From contig JBLKOJ010000005.1 in NCBI GenBank assembly GCA_047602745.1, positions 1-41,384 of the forward strand: a DNA stretch of 41,384 nucleotides. Reading direction: 5' to 3'. Shown here piece after piece: positions 9,400-18,025 of this stretch. The notes under the pieces were generated by a model, which saw nothing but the letters and a program-made list of their open reading frames with translations, was not told where the DNA came from and did not search any database. The stretch is from Candidatus Woesearchaeota archaeon (lineage in GTDB: Archaea > Nanobdellota > Nanobdellia > Woesearchaeales > UBA583). Position 1 is the stretch's first letter; each line of letters begins with the position of its first letter. The translations under genes and the position numbers were made by a program.

Positions 9400-9900
9400 A
9401 TGGCATATAATTATGCGTTTGAAGGATTTAACCCTGAGATTATGGCAAGAGCTTCAAGAGTTAATTCAAGAATTTCATTAAAAAAGTCAGTTGAATTAAG
9501 TAGAGCAATTAGAGGTATGAAAGTATCAAGAGCTAAACAATACTTAATTGCTGTGACAAAACAAGAAGAGTTAGTTCCATATAGAAGGTTTAATACAGAA
9601 ATGCCTCATAAAAGAGGAAAAGGTGTAATGGCTGGAGGGTATCCGGTAAATGTTGCAAAAGAGTTTTTAATTATTTTACATAATGCTTTGAAAAATGCTG
9701 AAAATTTAGGACTTGGAGAAGTAGATGAGCTTAGAATTAAGTCAGCTTCAGTAAGACAAGGAGCTTCAAGATATAAAATGAGTAGACTTAGTGGTAGAAA
9801 AATGAAAGCTACACACATTGAAATTATTCTTGTTCAAGATACAAAAAAAAAGCAAACTCACAAAAGTTCATCTAGTAAAAAAGGAGGAGATAATAAATGA
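9400..9900 (+). CDS. rpl22: 50S ribosomal protein L22
   Basis: Conserved order and uL22-like core. GGAGG at 9384-9388. K/S-rich C-terminal tail. Confidence 0.9.
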   Translation: MAYNYAFEGFNPEIMARASRVNSRISLKKSVELSRAIRGMKVSRAKQYLIAVTKQEELVPYRRFNTEMPHKRGKGVMAGGYPVNVAKEFLIILHNALKNAENLGLGEVDELRIKSASVRQGASRYKMSRLSGRKMKATHIEIILVQDTKKKQTHKSSSSKKGGDNK

Positions 9901-10610
9901 TTGAGAGAAAAATTGTAGGAGATAGATTTTTAGAGTTTAAAATTGATACATATATTAGAGAAACTCTAAAAGATGTTCCAATTGCAAGTGTAGCATATGA
10001 AAAAGTACCACAAGGAGAAAAAGTAACAGTATTTACAACGGCTCCAGGACTTGTTATTGGAAGAGAGGGAAGTAATATTAAGCAACTCACTAAAGATTTA
10101 AAAGAAGTATTTGGTCTTGAAAATCCTCAAATTAAAATTGGAGAAGTAGATCAAAGATATTTATCAGCTCCTATTGTTGCTAAAATTATTTGTAACAACT
10201 TAGCAAGTTTTGGTCCACAAAAATTCAAACTTACTGCCTTTAAAGCAATTCAAAATATTATGGTCTCAGGAGCAATGGGATGTGAGATTAGAATTACTGG
10301 AAAAATTCCTTCAGCTCGTGCAAAATCATGGAGATTTTTTAAGGGGTATTTAAAAAAGACTGGGTATGTAAGTGATTTTGTAATTGATTTTGCAGTCGAT
10401 GCTGTAACACTAAAATCAGGAGTAGTTGGGGTTAAAGTTAAAATTATGAAGCCTAACACACCACTTCCAGATAAGGTACAATTTGTAGAACAAGTATTGC
10501 CTCAAGAAGTAAAAGATTTGGTTGAAAAAGCTACTCCTAAAGCAGGAGATGAAGAAGCTGAAATCGAAGCAGTTAAAGATGAAATTGCAGTAGAGGAGGA
10601 TAGAAGATGA
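9897..10610 (+). CDS. rps3: 30S ribosomal protein S3
   Basis: KH-domain region VFTTAPGLVIGREGSNIKQLTKDL. Start overlaps the rpl22 stop (ATGA). GGAGG at 9883-9887. Confidence 0.95.
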   Translation: MIERKIVGDRFLEFKIDTYIRETLKDVPIASVAYEKVPQGEKVTVFTTAPGLVIGREGSNIKQLTKDLKEVFGLENPQIKIGEVDQRYLSAPIVAKIICNNLASFGPQKFKLTAFKAIQNIMVSGAMGCEIRITGKIPSARAKSWRFFKGYLKKTGYVSDFVIDFAVDAVTLKSGVVGVKVKIMKPNTPLPDKVQFVEQVLPQEVKDLVEKATPKAGDEEAEIEAVKDEIAVEEDRR

Positions 10611-10801
10611 AATTAGCAGATTTACAAAAATTAAGTAAAGAAGAGCTTGAAAAACAGTTGGTTGAACATAAAAAACAAATGTTCAACTTAAGTTCAGTGA
10701 CTCTAACAGGAGAGGATTTTATAAAAAAAAAAACAAAAAGAAAAAGTGTTAAAATCACTATTGCAAGAATAAAAACACTTTTAAATCAAAAAGAGGGTTA
10801 A
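10607..10801 (+). CDS. rpl29: 50S ribosomal protein L29
   Basis: uL29 pattern LSKEELEKQL...ARIKTLLNQ. Start overlaps the rps3 stop. GGAGG at 10595-10599. Confidence 0.85.
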   Translation: MKLADLQKLSKEELEKQLVEHKKQMFNLSSVTLTGEDFIKKKTKRKSVKITIARIKTLLNQKEG

Positions 10802-10815
10802 AAATATATAAAAAT

Positions 10816-11136
10816 ATGTCAAAAGATTTAATGGGAGGTTTGCCTGATGAATTGCAGGAGTTGATGAGTGATGTTGATAAGGCTTCAACTACTGTTAGAA
10901 TTAAAGTTGAGAGAAGAAAATATGGGAAGTTTTGGGCAATTATCTCAGGACTTGATTTATCAGATTCTGAACTAAAAGATTTAATGAAAACCATTAAGAA
11001 TAAAATGGCGTGTGGAGGAACTATTAAGGGAAGAGATATTGAAATTCTTTTAGGAAGAACTGATAAACACAAAGAAATTATTAAAATTTTAATTCAAGAA
11101 GGATTTAATGAAGAGAGCATACATATTTCTTCTTAA
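10816..11136 (+). CDS. translation initiation factor aSUI1 (eIF1 homologue)
   Basis: SUI1 core RIKVERRKYGKFWAIISGLD...KNKMACGGTIKGRDIEILLG. Its position after rpl29 matches many archaea. Confidence 0.9.
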   Translation: MSKDLMGGLPDELQELMSDVDKASTTVRIKVERRKYGKFWAIISGLDLSDSELKDLMKTIKNKMACGGTIKGRDIEILLGRTDKHKEIIKILIQEGFNEESIHISS

Positions 11137-11154
11137 TTTTTTAGGATTTTTTTT
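11137..11154 (+). terminator. oligo-T tracts (T6 and T8) directly after the aSUI1 stop; likely archaeal terminator of the r-protein operon
   Basis: T6 at 11137-11142 and T8 at 11147-11154 read in the sequence. Archaeal RNAP terminates at oligo-T. Confidence 0.45.
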
Positions 11155-11239
11155 AACAATCTAGTAATTCAGTTTAAATATTTCTTAACACTAAATAATA
11201 GTATAAAATATATAAATATTTTCAAAATATAAATAATTT

Positions 11240-11788
11240 ATGTCATTTGTAGAAATTATATATGTTAATACTCCTCTTACAAAATTAGAAGAAAATGGAG
11301 AAATTTTAGGTAATTTTAACTCAGTTTTAAGCTCAAAAGGAAAATTACAAACAAAAGAATTATCACAAAGACTCACAGGAATTAACATTGATGTAATATT
11401 TACTTCATCCCTTACACATTCTAGAGAAGCTGCAAATTTATTATTTGTAAGAGATTTTGAAATTATTTCAGAGAGTTTACTTAATGAATGTAATTTTGGA
11501 GAATTTAATAATTCAACATTGAGTTATTGGAAAAAAGAAAATTATATTACTAATGGGTATAGTAATGGAGAGAGTTATATGGATGTAGGTCTTCGAGTTG
11601 AGAAATTTTTAGATTTTTTACGTAACGAGTATAAGTCTAAAAAAGTATTAATCGTGGGACACGAGAGCATTAGGTGTGCTCTGGAGGTGAGTATTAATGA
11701 GCGTTCATTCAGAGAAGTATTAGAGGAGAGTCAATCAAAAGAATTAGATAAGAAAAAGAATATTATTTATAGATATCATCTTTATTAG
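11240..11788 (+). CDS. histidine-phosphatase (phosphoglycerate-mutase-like) superfamily protein with a degenerate N-terminal catalytic motif
   Basis: Family landmarks are present: FTSSLTHSREAA, NECNFGEFNN, LIVGHESIR. The RHG(E)T motif position reads VNTPLT instead. Confidence 0.65.
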   Translation: MSFVEIIYVNTPLTKLEENGEILGNFNSVLSSKGKLQTKELSQRLTGINIDVIFTSSLTHSREAANLLFVRDFEIISESLLNECNFGEFNNSTLSYWKKENYITNGYSNGESYMDVGLRVEKFLDFLRNEYKSKKVLIVGHESIRCALEVSINERSFREVLEESQSKELDKKKNIIYRYHLY

Positions 11789-12420
11789 TCTATAATTTTA
11801 TTTGTTGCTTTGGCAAATTCATGAATTAAAACATTGTCACCATTTTTCATAGAGTAGGTGTAATTATCAAATTGTTGCTTTATAACCCATTTAACAAATT
11901 CTCTTCTTTGAATATCATTAAACTTAGCATAGTATTTAAATGTAGCACATTCATAATTCATATCACAATATCCAAATCTTGGGTCTCTTTGTCGAGAAGA
12001 ATGTTTTTGTTTATTAAAAGGAAAGTTATACTTTTTTTTCTCTATAAGCTTATTGATAAGAGGATGAAGAGGGCAAGCAGTACAAGTTGAGTTAAATTGA
12101 ACTACATTTGAACATAATCCACTTGGAGTTACAACATCAGGGTTGGGATTTAGTCTATCTCTAAAGAGAAGCATTTTATACTGAGTTGGATGTTTTATTG
12201 AATTAAAGTCTTTAGTATTTATTTTTAAATCTCTATTAACTTCTTCTTTACTTTTAAAATTTCTTCCACAACATCCATAGCAAGAAATTTTTAACTCAGG
12301 AATCTGACATGGAGTAAGAGGAAGGGCCCAAGTTGAAGAAGATATCGAGGTGTGAGAAAATGTGGGTAGAGAAAAATTATTGTCTTTTGATGTTTTCATA
12401 TTAATGAAAAATATATTCAC
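11785..12420 (-). CDS. hypothetical cysteine-cluster protein (possible metal-binding, distantly YkgJ/CxxCxxCC-like)
   Basis: Nine Cys in clusters: C-x8-C-x2-CC, C-x8-C-x2-C, C-x5-C. 211 aa with no TM. Convergent 4-nt overlap with the phosphatase-like gene. Confidence 0.45.
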   Translation of the reverse strand: MNIFFINMKTSKDNNFSLPTFSHTSISSSTWALPLTPCQIPELKISCYGCCGRNFKSKEEVNRDLKINTKDFNSIKHPTQYKMLLFRDRLNPNPDVVTPSGLCSNVVQFNSTCTACPLHPLINKLIEKKKYNFPFNKQKHSSRQRDPRFGYCDMNYECATFKYYAKFNDIQRREFVKWVIKQQFDNYTYSMKNGDNVLIHEFAKATNKIID

Positions 12421-12617
12421 ATTTAATAAAATATGGGTAGTAATATCAATATAAACTATAATACGAGTTTATTTAAATTATATCTAAATCACATATTAAT
12501 TATACTTGAGTGGAATAGCAATTAAGTGTGATTTCAATCTCACTTTAAAAAAATTTCTTCTTGTCATTTGTTGTTTGAACAAAAAGTTTAAAGGTAAACT
12601 TACATTTTACTATGTAG

Positions 12618-14753
12618 ATGAGTGAAGTTAAAAAAATTGCACAGATGCATGGAAAATCTGATGTGTATGAATGTAAAATTTTAATTTTTGGAGATATTAA
12701 AACATTTGATTTTTTAAAAATTGAACATGAAGAGCATGGAAGTATCTTAACTCAAGTAAAAAATATAATCAGAGATGACGACAAATTAATTGGAGATGTT
12801 AAAATTATCGGATTTAAACAAAGCGGAGTTTTAAAAAATATCAGAACTCCATTTTCCAATGATGCACACATAGAGATAGCCAAAGATATAGATATTGAAG
12901 AAATTGTAGGACTTTTTAAAGATGAGAGTTCATGTCTTGGAAAGTTAGAACATCATCCAAATTTAAATATTTCTTTAGATTTAAAAAAAGTAATTACAAA
13001 ACATATTGCAGTTTTAGCTAAATCGGGGGCTGGAAAGTCATACACAGTAGGAGTTATTTTAGAAGAGATTATTAGAAAAAAAATTCCAATTCTAATTTTA
13101 GACCCTCATAATGAATATTCAACTTTAAAATTTCCAAATACTGATAAAAAAGATATGAAGAGGCTTGAAGCGTTTAATTTACAACCAAAAGGATTTATGA
13201 ATCAAATAATTCAATTTTCTCCAGATACTAAAATTAATACTCAGTGTCATCCTATAACTCTTGATTTAAATAAAATGAAACCTCAAGATCTCGTAGAATC
13301 TCTTCCTCAAAAAATTACTCCTGCTCAACAATCATTAGTGTATAATATGCTTCAAGCAGCAAATAATAGAGTAGATTTTGATGAATTAATTTTTAACCTA
13401 TCTAATGAGGAGAGTAATTCAAAATGGTCTTTAATTTCACTTATTGAGCAACTCAAACAATTAAAATTGTATTCAACAAATCCAACTCCTTTAAGTTTAA
13501 TTATTAAACAATCTCAAGCAAGTATTGTATCACTTAAAGGGGTTGAACCTTATGTACAAGAAACATTTGTTGCAGGACTCTTAAGAGATTTATTTGAGGC
13601 AAGGAAAAGAGAAGAAATTCCACCTTTTTTTTTAGTTCTTGAAGAAGCACATAATTTTTGTCCCGAAGCGAGTTTAGGTAAATTAAAGTCATCTTCAATT
13701 ATTAGAACATTAGCAGGAGAAGGACGTAAATTTGGAATTGGTTTGTGCGTTATATCTCAAAGACCTGCTAAGATTGATAAAAATGTTATCTCTCAATGTT
13801 CCACTCAAATACTTTTAAAAATTACCAATCCTAATGATTTAAAATCAGTTATTTCAAGCAGTGAGGGAGTAGATTCTACTTCAGAACAAGAAATTCAACG
13901 ATTAAATATTGGAACTTGTTTACTAACAGGTGTACTTGATATACCTCTTAAAGTAAATGTGAGACCTAGAATGTCAAAACATGGAGGAGAAACCGTTGAT
14001 ATTACACTCCCCTACGATTCACCTGAGATTCAGACAATGACTTCAACACATCAAGAATCTTCTCAAACACATCCAAATGAAAATTCTTTTAGTACTCATA
14101 CAAGTCTTCATTCAACTAAATCTCTTAATTCTTCTTCAAAGCCTACTACTTCACAAACACAACCTCATAAAGATTTTATTGAGCATGTTAAAGCTGAGAT
14201 TTCTTTTGAAGATACAAAGGTATTACATAATGGAAAAGAAATTCAAACCGATTTAATTCCAGGAGTACTTGTAAAAATTCAAGATACAAAAGGAGAAGAG
14301 AAACAAATTTTAGTTGAGCTTTTAGAAGGAAATACCATTCAATCAATTATTCCTTTTAAAGGAGTTCCATTACCATTAAGTTTAAATGCACTAACACATT
14401 CTGAAAAAGAACTTCTAGGACAAATTTTAAATGTCAAAGAACAATTCACATCAGCAGAATTGCTGTTAAATTCAAAAATGACGTATACTGAAATTACAAG
14501 AATCTGTGAGAGTTTAGTTCAAAAAAAGATTATTGAAAAAGATAATCAAAGCGGTTTCTCAAAAGCTAACTTACAATCATTTTCAGATGTCAATTTAATA
14601 AGTTTTTTAGGTCAACAACAATTTGAGGAAATTGAATATACAAATGTACATTCTGCAAAATTACAAGTTGAACAAATAACAAAAGTTTTGGAATTGTTTG
14701 GAACTGTAAAAAATGTTAAAGAAATTAAAATAGCATATTATGTTCAGAAATAA
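12618..14753 (+). CDS. HerA-like (DUF87/FtsK-HerA superfamily) ATPase with low-complexity linker and about 190-aa C-terminal extension
   Basis: Walker A AKSGAGKS (aa 134-141). Walker B FFLVLEEAH (aa 337-345). GRKFGIGLCVISQRPAKIDKNVISQCSTQILLKITNPND is typical of HerA. The N-terminal beta-barrel-like region precedes an S/T/Q/H-rich linker (aa about 465-518) and a tail holding a wHTH-like stretch (TYTEITRICESLVQKKIIEKD). Confidence 0.8.
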   Translation: MSEVKKIAQMHGKSDVYECKILIFGDIKTFDFLKIEHEEHGSILTQVKNIIRDDDKLIGDVKIIGFKQSGVLKNIRTPFSNDAHIEIAKDIDIEEIVGLFKDESSCLGKLEHHPNLNISLDLKKVITKHIAVLAKSGAGKSYTVGVILEEIIRKKIPILILDPHNEYSTLKFPNTDKKDMKRLEAFNLQPKGFMNQIIQFSPDTKINTQCHPITLDLNKMKPQDLVESLPQKITPAQQSLVYNMLQAANNRVDFDELIFNLSNEESNSKWSLISLIEQLKQLKLYSTNPTPLSLIIKQSQASIVSLKGVEPYVQETFVAGLLRDLFEARKREEIPPFFLVLEEAHNFCPEASLGKLKSSSIIRTLAGEGRKFGIGLCVISQRPAKIDKNVISQCSTQILLKITNPNDLKSVISSSEGVDSTSEQEIQRLNIGTCLLTGVLDIPLKVNVRPRMSKHGGETVDITLPYDSPEIQTMTSTHQESSQTHPNENSFSTHTSLHSTKSLNSSSKPTTSQTQPHKDFIEHVKAEISFEDTKVLHNGKEIQTDLIPGVLVKIQDTKGEEKQILVELLEGNTIQSIIPFKGVPLPLSLNALTHSEKELLGQILNVKEQFTSAELLLNSKMTYTEITRICESLVQKKIIEKDNQSGFSKANLQSFSDVNLISFLGQQQFEEIEYTNVHSAKLQVEQITKVLELFGTVKNVKEIKIAYYVQK

Positions 14754-14838
14754 TATTTAAAATAAAAAGAGAAATCAACTTTTTTTGATATTTATACTTA
14801 GCAATTATTATTTATCATCTTTTAAGTTTCACTAAAAA

Positions 14839-14846
14839 TTTATAAA
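14839..14846 (+). promoter_or_regulatory. TATA-box-like TTTATAAA 22 nt upstream of the ATG at 14868 (leaderless-type promoter)
   Basis: Read in the sequence. The spacing fits an archaeal TATA-to-TSS distance, so the TSS falls at or next to the start codon. Confidence 0.4.
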
Positions 14847-14867
14847 TCAACTTTAGATAAAAATAAC

Positions 14868-17012
14868 ATGAATTCAATACTTAAATATTTGCTTAAAGGT
14901 CAAATATCTATTTTTGTAATTATTGCAGTTATTATTTTAATAGTTGGAATTTTAGCGTTGATGTTATTTTCGTCTTCTTCAATTTTTCAACAAGAAACGC
15001 CCGGATTTAGAGTTCAAGAGTTCACCCAACAATGTTTACTTCAGCAAGCGGAGTTTGCAATTAGTGAGGTTGCAAAAAAAGGTGGTTGGTATTATAAAAA
15101 AGGAACTCAGAGATTTGCAAGGCCTAACGATTTTAACCTTTTAATCAGTAGAGCTCAAGGTTTTGAACATAATTTTTATGGAAATTTAAAATACTGGGAT
15201 TATTTTGATGAAAACTCAAATGAATTTGAAAATCAAATACCCTCTCTAGATGATTCACAAGACCCTTATTCAATTAAAAATCAAGTAATACGGCTAATGG
15301 AAGAAACTATTAATGATCATTGTCTACAAGATTTTGCTTCTTTTACAGAAGTCTATGAGATTGATAGAGACCTTACAAGATTGCAAATTTCTTCAACTTC
15401 TTTTGATCAAAATAGAATTATTTTTGATTTATATTTACCAGTTCAAGTTAGAACTTTTGAGGGTGATTCTTTTGAGAGTTTAGATAGATTTAGAGTAGAT
15501 ATTGAAAATAAAATTAGAGTCCCTTATTATATTGCTAACGACATTGTATTAGCACAACAGGAGTTAAGTTTTATAGAACAAGCTTATTTAGATTTTATAT
15601 ATATCTACCAAGATGCAGATGATTCAAATCTATTACCACCTTTTTATGATTTTAGATATGGAGTTACTGATTATTCAGTTATTTATGCTGAAGATAAAAA
15701 ACCACTTCTTCAAAGAATTTTTAATACTCATTCAAGAGAAGTTATTGTTACAGATTTAGCCTTAGACCTCGTACAAGAAGAGTTATTACAACAAACTCAA
15801 ACTTTACTTTTTAGAAATATTCAAACTCATCAAAGTCCTTTATTTTCAGAACTAGATGGTACTATGTTAAGAACTCAGCGTTTAAATCGAGAATATTCAA
15901 ATTATGTTGGAAATTTACATTATGAACCTTTTTTTCCAATTTCATTTTCTTTTTCAAATGGAAAAGGAAGTGGACAGGTTTTAACTCATAGCGTATTTAA
16001 TGAAGTTTTATTGATTGTTCCAGTTCAATATACAACATATCAGGCTGGATATGACGTTACACTACCAGTAATTTATGAAATTAGAGATAGTTCTGCAGTT
16101 AGAGATAATTTTGTATTTAATTTACCTTTGGAGGTTAATATTAGAAATAATAATCCTCTAAGAGCACTAATTGAAGCTGATTATAGATTAAATTCTTTAG
16201 AAGTTCAAGATTCATTTACTCCAACGTTTTGTAATGCTAATCACTTTATTTCTCAAGATGTTTCAATTGAAGTTAGTAAATTAAATGAGTTTGATGAAAG
16301 AGAACCTTTGAATAATGTTTCATTTATGTTTTATTGTTCAACTCAGCCTTCTGTTGCTTGTCAAGTTCCAATTTCAGATACAATTGAAAGATTTAATTCA
16401 AATCAATATGTCCTAAATCTCCCAATTAACTGTCCAAATTCTGAACTTGAAATTATTAGAGATGGTTTTATAAATCAAAGAGTTGAAGTGAGTCCATCTC
16501 TTGAAGAAGGAATTGACAAAAGAGTTACAATGATTACTCCAATTACTTTAGATTTCCATTTCTTTGTCGCTGGAAGAACAATTAATGTAGACCAAGAAGC
16601 AATAATTTTATTTGAGCCTAAAAATAATCCTGAATTTATTCAAGTTGTAAATATTAATTCAACTACTGATTTAAATAATCTAAATATAACTTTAGTTCCT
16701 GATGTGTATGAAATTACAGCATTTGTAATTGATAATAGGCAAGACATAATTCCTAAAGAAGAGGGGGAGAGAATATGTATAATTCCTGCTTTAAGAATTG
16801 GTTGTAGAACAACTCCAGACCTCCCTCAAATTGATTTGGAAGGGTGGATTATAAGTAGTTTTGAACTAGATAACTACATCATAACATTTAATGATTTACA
16901 ATTTGCAAGAAGAGTTGTAGCTGATATTCCTGGTGTCACATATCCTACATCTTATGATGACTTTAATCAACAAATGCCTAGATCTGAGAGAAGAAATATT
17001 AGGATTCAGTAA
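14868..17012 (+). CDS. large (714 aa) extracellular protein with class III (type IV pilin-like) signal peptide; function unknown
   Basis: N-terminus MNSILKYLLKG/QISIFVIIAVIILIVGILALMLF has a short basic head, a KG|Q prepilin-peptidase-type site and a hydrophobic helix. The rest has no motif I recognise. Confidence 0.55.
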   Translation: MNSILKYLLKGQISIFVIIAVIILIVGILALMLFSSSSIFQQETPGFRVQEFTQQCLLQQAEFAISEVAKKGGWYYKKGTQRFARPNDFNLLISRAQGFEHNFYGNLKYWDYFDENSNEFENQIPSLDDSQDPYSIKNQVIRLMEETINDHCLQDFASFTEVYEIDRDLTRLQISSTSFDQNRIIFDLYLPVQVRTFEGDSFESLDRFRVDIENKIRVPYYIANDIVLAQQELSFIEQAYLDFIYIYQDADDSNLLPPFYDFRYGVTDYSVIYAEDKKPLLQRIFNTHSREVIVTDLALDLVQEELLQQTQTLLFRNIQTHQSPLFSELDGTMLRTQRLNREYSNYVGNLHYEPFFPISFSFSNGKGSGQVLTHSVFNEVLLIVPVQYTTYQAGYDVTLPVIYEIRDSSAVRDNFVFNLPLEVNIRNNNPLRALIEADYRLNSLEVQDSFTPTFCNANHFISQDVSIEVSKLNEFDEREPLNNVSFMFYCSTQPSVACQVPISDTIERFNSNQYVLNLPINCPNSELEIIRDGFINQRVEVSPSLEEGIDKRVTMITPITLDFHFFVAGRTINVDQEAIILFEPKNNPEFIQVVNINSTTDLNNLNITLVPDVYEITAFVIDNRQDIIPKEEGERICIIPALRIGCRTTPDLPQIDLEGWIISSFELDNYIITFNDLQFARRVVADIPGVTYPTSYDDFNQQMPRSERRNIRIQ

Positions 17013-17079
17013 TTTCTCGTTGACGATATAATTTAATTTAAATACTAAAATTTAAATATCTAGATTTATTAAGTTTAGT

Positions 17080-17559
17080 ATGAAATATTTATCAGGAAAA
17101 GATAAAAAAAATCTTCAAAAATTACTCATTAGTTTAAATCTTAATGTTACAATTGATAGAAAAGATGAAATCATTGAATTTAGAAATATATTATTTAAAA
17201 ACAAAGTTCCTCTTTTTATTTATAATAAAGCGTTTAAACATATTGAAGAGTATAGTGCTATTAAATTAGTACCTCACTTAAAATCTCAACAAGTTAAAAA
17301 TTTAAAAACAATCACAATTGATGTTGGAGCGGTTCCTTTTTTATTAAAAGGAGTTGATATGATGAGACCTGGCATAACTTCAATACAGCAGGGAATTGAA
17401 AGATTTGAATTAGTTAGAATTGTAGATGAAGTTAAAGGTTTAACTATAGCTGTGGGAGTTAGTTTATTTGATTCAAATACCTTAAAATCTATGCAAACTG
17501 GAAAGTCTATAAAAATATTGCATTATTTTAAAGATTCTTTTTATAATGTTTCTTTATAA
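17080..17559 (+). CDS. PUA-domain RNA-binding protein (archaeal Tma20/MCT-1-like)
   Basis: C-terminal PUA pattern GAVPFLLKGVDMMRPGITSI...VRIVDEVKGLTIAVGVSLFDS. Confidence 0.7.
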   Translation: MKYLSGKDKKNLQKLLISLNLNVTIDRKDEIIEFRNILFKNKVPLFIYNKAFKHIEEYSAIKLVPHLKSQQVKNLKTITIDVGAVPFLLKGVDMMRPGITSIQQGIERFELVRIVDEVKGLTIAVGVSLFDSNTLKSMQTGKSIKILHYFKDSFYNVSL

Positions 17560-17669
17560 TTATAAATTTATTCAGAAGATTTTGATATCTATTTTAACTA
17601 TACAACTAAGTTTATTAATTCAAGATTATTATTAATAAATAAGATATTAATTTTAAGAGGTTATATTAA

Positions 17670-18005
17670 ATGAAATTTAAAAGAAAATGTTGTGAATGCG
17701 GTGCTTTAAGTTCAATTCTTATTGATGGAAAATGTGAAAAGTGTCACAGAATAGAATTTCCACCAATTAAAGAATTTAAGCCAATTGTATTGCATTTTTG
17801 TAATGTAACTAAAAAAATTGCTTATAATAATATTTATTACAAACAAGAAGTTTTATTTAATAAGTTGCCAGAGATTGTTGCTAGTAAAATTGAACTTAAT
17901 GAGGGTTATGAGCTAAGGCAAATTGAAATTGATGACATTGAATTAGACGGCCATAAAGTTCGATTTCAAATTAATGTTGAATGTGAATTTGAAAGTTATA
18001 ATTAA
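17670..18005 (+). CDS. small zinc-ribbon protein (CxxC-x11-CxxC), possibly NMD3-N-terminal-like
   Basis: CCECG...DGKCEKCH at the N-terminus. 111 aa. No further recognisable motif. Confidence 0.4.
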   Translation: MKFKRKCCECGALSSILIDGKCEKCHRIEFPPIKEFKPIVLHFCNVTKKIAYNNIYYKQEVLFNKLPEIVASKIELNEGYELRQIEIDDIELDGHKVRFQINVECEFESYN

Positions 18006-18025
18006 TTCTAAAATAGTTGTTAAAA

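Noticed and set aside
7629-11072. Series of minus-strand ORFs inside the ribosomal operon (7629..7877, 8649..8870, 8953..9138, 9606..9818, 9872..10090, 10250..10459, 10573..10758, 10758..11072)
   Set aside because: All are antisense shadows of well-supported ribosomal protein and aSUI1 genes. Their translations are low-complexity with no motifs, and they would overlap essential genes completely.
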